In this document: one piece after another, positions 61,153 to 64,000 of the stretch
Numbering within the stretch: position 1 is the stretch's first letter
How the letters are laid out: each line of letters begins with the position of its first letter
Origin: Phoronis australis
Taxonomy: Eukaryota; Animalia; Phoronida
Length of the DNA: 64,000 nt
NCBI GenBank assembly: GCA_002633005.1
Contig: NMRA01000378.1
Location: 70,759-134,758 of the forward strand
Direction: 5' to 3'
The notes under the pieces: generated by a model
Databases searched by the model: none
Told to the model about the DNA's origin: nothing
The model's input: the letters and a program-made list of their open reading frames with translations, nothing else
Program-made: the position numbers and the translations under genes

Positions 61153-62009
61153 CTTGTCTCGTTTCTGGCGGCACCGACAACATGGCGACTTTTGCTGAAC
61201 TGAAAGGCATGTTCAATCGGCTACTTTGTAATTTGTGAAGATTTAACGTTGATACATTTTGACAAACGTTGCTACAAAAAAGAAACTTTGTTCAATTTTC
61301 TTGTTTTTTGTGTTTGTGGCCAGCGACCAGTTATAGGCCTAAGGGTAGTCTTGGCGCAAAGCTGTATAGGCCTACTAACAAGCTGTATTTTGACTATAGT
61401 CTTCACTGGTGGCTTGTGACTCAGTGAGGGCTAACTAAGGTCTGCCGCGGCAGTGTGACACAGGACTAACCAGCCCGTAATTTCATACAAGTGTCTGAAA
61501 CTACCCTTGAATATATGCAGCATTTATCATTTGACCATTTTACTTCGACAAAACAGCTTGAAACCGCATGCATTTACCGTTCGCCAGTGTTTGGTCTCGA
61601 TCCGCACCGGGTCCGATAGGCTGCGGTCCCGAGTCTGGCAAAATAATTTATGTCAAAATTTATTCGCCACATTTCTACAGCAAATTCCATAAAATTGTCC
61701 GTAGTTAATTAAGGCGCGCTGTCGATTTTTTTTTATCCCCGTTTGCTGGCTGGTAACAGTACAGGTACTGCTCCAGTCGCACTGACAGCGTTTTCTCGGC
61801 CTCAGTGGGTTCCTGAATGAATTGTACTTCCGGGTTCGCGGCAAGTTCAAAATGGCGGTGTTTCTTCGGGTGCGAATCGTGAGTGGCGGCGTTCATTTAA
61901 ACTGTTTTCGAGTACGGATCGTGTATTAGTTATGGGGTGGGTACTTCTTGGATCCTTATAACATCTTCTAACCATGTAATAAGGGTTAACCACGCGTGAG
62001 AGAAGGACT
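61153..62009. mobile_element. Right-arm fragment of the TTAA-TSD (Kolobok-like) element, upstream of CaM
   Basis: Matches 41582-41740 plus 42603-43303 and lacks about 860 bp present there; ends TGAGAGAAGGACT|TTAA. Confidence 0.7.
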
Positions 62010-62222
62010 TTAAAACAAGTCTTTGGTGATCGAGCTTTTCTCGAACTTTATCGGGCGATCATTTCAAGTGAGCAGTTATCCTACATGTATCTTGCCAAGA
62101 CATTACAAACTCACATGGCCAGCAATGACACCGCCACTAATCTTGATTTCTCATAGCGCAAGGTTCTAATTAAAAAATTATGGCATTACCCTATCTCCAC
62201 TGATCTGCTGAACTATATCATG

Positions 62223-62377
62223 CATGGGCGGCGGACCATGGCGGGCTATGATAGCCCCACGAGCCCACTTTTTCAGTGGTGCGCCGCTCATGGTCAATGG
62301 GCTGGGTGCACCACAGGGGGAGAGGGGGTTGGAGGGGGACTATAGCCCCCACATTTTCCAATGCTGCGCCGCCCATG
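62223..62377. mobile_element. Short MITE with 11-bp TIR CATGGGCGGCG
   Basis: CATGGGCGGCG...CGCCGCCCATG; flanks TCATG/TTATG (4/5 match). Confidence 0.55.
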
Positions 62378-63543
62378 TTATGCAGTTCAGCTTCGATCCT
62401 TGGTTTTCCGAAAGCAAAATTAACCATGTTTATTATACTTTTATTGTAGACTAGTGTAAGTTGATGCCACCCGGCGTCAGTTCTGATGTTCTGATGTTTT
62501 TTGATGTTATAATAAACTGGATTTGAATCCTAAATTGTTTTAAATTTGCCCTTGCAAAAGCTATTAAAGATCATCAAGCCCTCACGTAGGCCTAATTAGC
62601 ATCATCAAGAACGATTCGCCACAAGCTCTTTAGAAGTTATTTTTACGTGTTCCCGCGTTCCATACCTCAGGATGTGATTATGGTGGTGTAGTTGTAGTTA
62701 TGAGCCTGGATTTCCTAAACAAACAACGAACAGTCAAAAGTGGCGGATTTTAGAGGGGTAGCAAAGGGGTCATTGCCGACTGGAGACTGAAGGAGCTGCG
62801 GACTGGGCCGGCCGGCAATGAGCTCGGCAATTGGCCTCGCAGCTGTAAAGTGTGAGCCTGCCCAGAGCTCAATGTGTAGTCAGCTCAGTGGTTTGACGTG
62901 ATGTTAACTGTTACCGAGAGCCACGGATGCTTTTGAGTCAAGAATGTGCAGAAATTCTTTGATCTGTAAACAATGGGTGTTGTTCTCATAACCAATGAGC
63001 TATATATAGAGAGACGACACGATTACCCGCAAGCCAGACAGTGCGTGACACGCGGTCCGCCATATTGATGATGAACGCTATGTAAACAAAAGCGCGGTGG
63101 CCTTATGGAAGCCGGGGAATTTTCAGAATAAAATTTGAAATTTTAAATTCTAACGGGGTTTTAAAATATTGGTAACATAAAGCAATGTGAATATGTGACC
63201 CTTGAATTGCTTAAACGGTCATACATGTATAAGCCATTGCAAAGACAAAATTCCTATATAATGCGTTGGCTGATATTCTCACGGAGTGCTGCTACCAGGG
63301 CCTGGGAGGTTTTGCCGGCTCATTCGAAGACAATCACTGAAATATATAAAGTTTAGAAAATGATATCATACAGCAACAAGATTAACCTTTTTCGTCGTTA
63401 TAATTGTATAGTAACTATTTTCAGTTGTTTTAGACCGGCAGCCCAGAGCACTTAGCATAGATGAACGAGGTACCAACATCTGACCACGGGAGCATTTAAA
63501 GTCCACCTCAGTATGTACAGAAATGGACGTCTGCCGTTGTCTG

Positions 63544-64000
63544 CACTCTGGGTGTGACCCCTGGGGGCCTTACAAAGACCCCAAAAAATGAGCTAGACTA
63601 GATATTCGAGGTACCAACCAAAACTGATTTAAAACGAACAATAATACCGCACTGAACACCGAATGACCCATGACAGAGACAAATTGCACTCTGGAATGGG
63701 TCCGGCAGAAGCCAAAAAAGGACTCCCCAAAATGAGCTAGCACATACATTCGAGGTACCACACAAAACCAATTCCATGTGATTCAATACATGTCACAGAT
63801 CACTAAAACCCCTATGACAGACAAAATACACTCTGGGTTGTGCCCGCCAGAAACCCCCAAAAATCTCAACCATGGTATGCCATCAAAAATTTGAGCTAGA
63901 CTAGATTTTCGAGGTACCGGCCAAAACTGATTTTAAACGAACAATAGTACCGCACTGAACACCAAATGACCCATGACAGACAAATTACACTCTGGAATGG
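63544..64000 (+). repeat. Tandem repeat/satellite with ~145-160-bp units, running off the window end
   Basis: CACTCTGG at about 63544, 63687, 63829 and 63988; GAGCTAG...TTCGAGGTACC at about 63590, 63734 and 63893; alternate units are more similar to each other. Confidence 0.85.

Overview
AT-rich, intron- and transposon-rich genomic DNA from a draft animal assembly. It has one 550-N gap and three single-N joins. An invertebrate source is inferred from the calmodulin sequence and intron pattern; the species cannot be determined. Two spliced genes can be built by hand, both on the minus strand. (1) A 5-exon secreted M4 metallopeptidase (15596->10228, 621 aa) of the pseudolysin/vibriolysin type. 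Its bacterial-style FTP/PepSY propeptide is interrupted in frame by a two-exon, phase 1-1 Mucin2_WxxW (CysD-like) module. (2) A canonical calmodulin gene (60529->50571) with two intact copies of its last coding exon, giving either EFVTMMTSK or EFVKMMTSK. The first ~5 kb of the window is collinear with blocks spread over 15.8-45.8 kb, which suggests a tandem duplication and a paralogous protease gene just left of the window. The rest is mostly non-autonomous DNA transposons (AT-, TA-, TTAA-, 5-, 7- and 9-bp TSD classes, some nested), a Helentron-like intronic array with phased CTCF-like motifs, recurrent TA->TACATGTA micro-insertions that look like excision footprints, and a terminal satellite. 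Most short ORFs in the supplied track are spurious.
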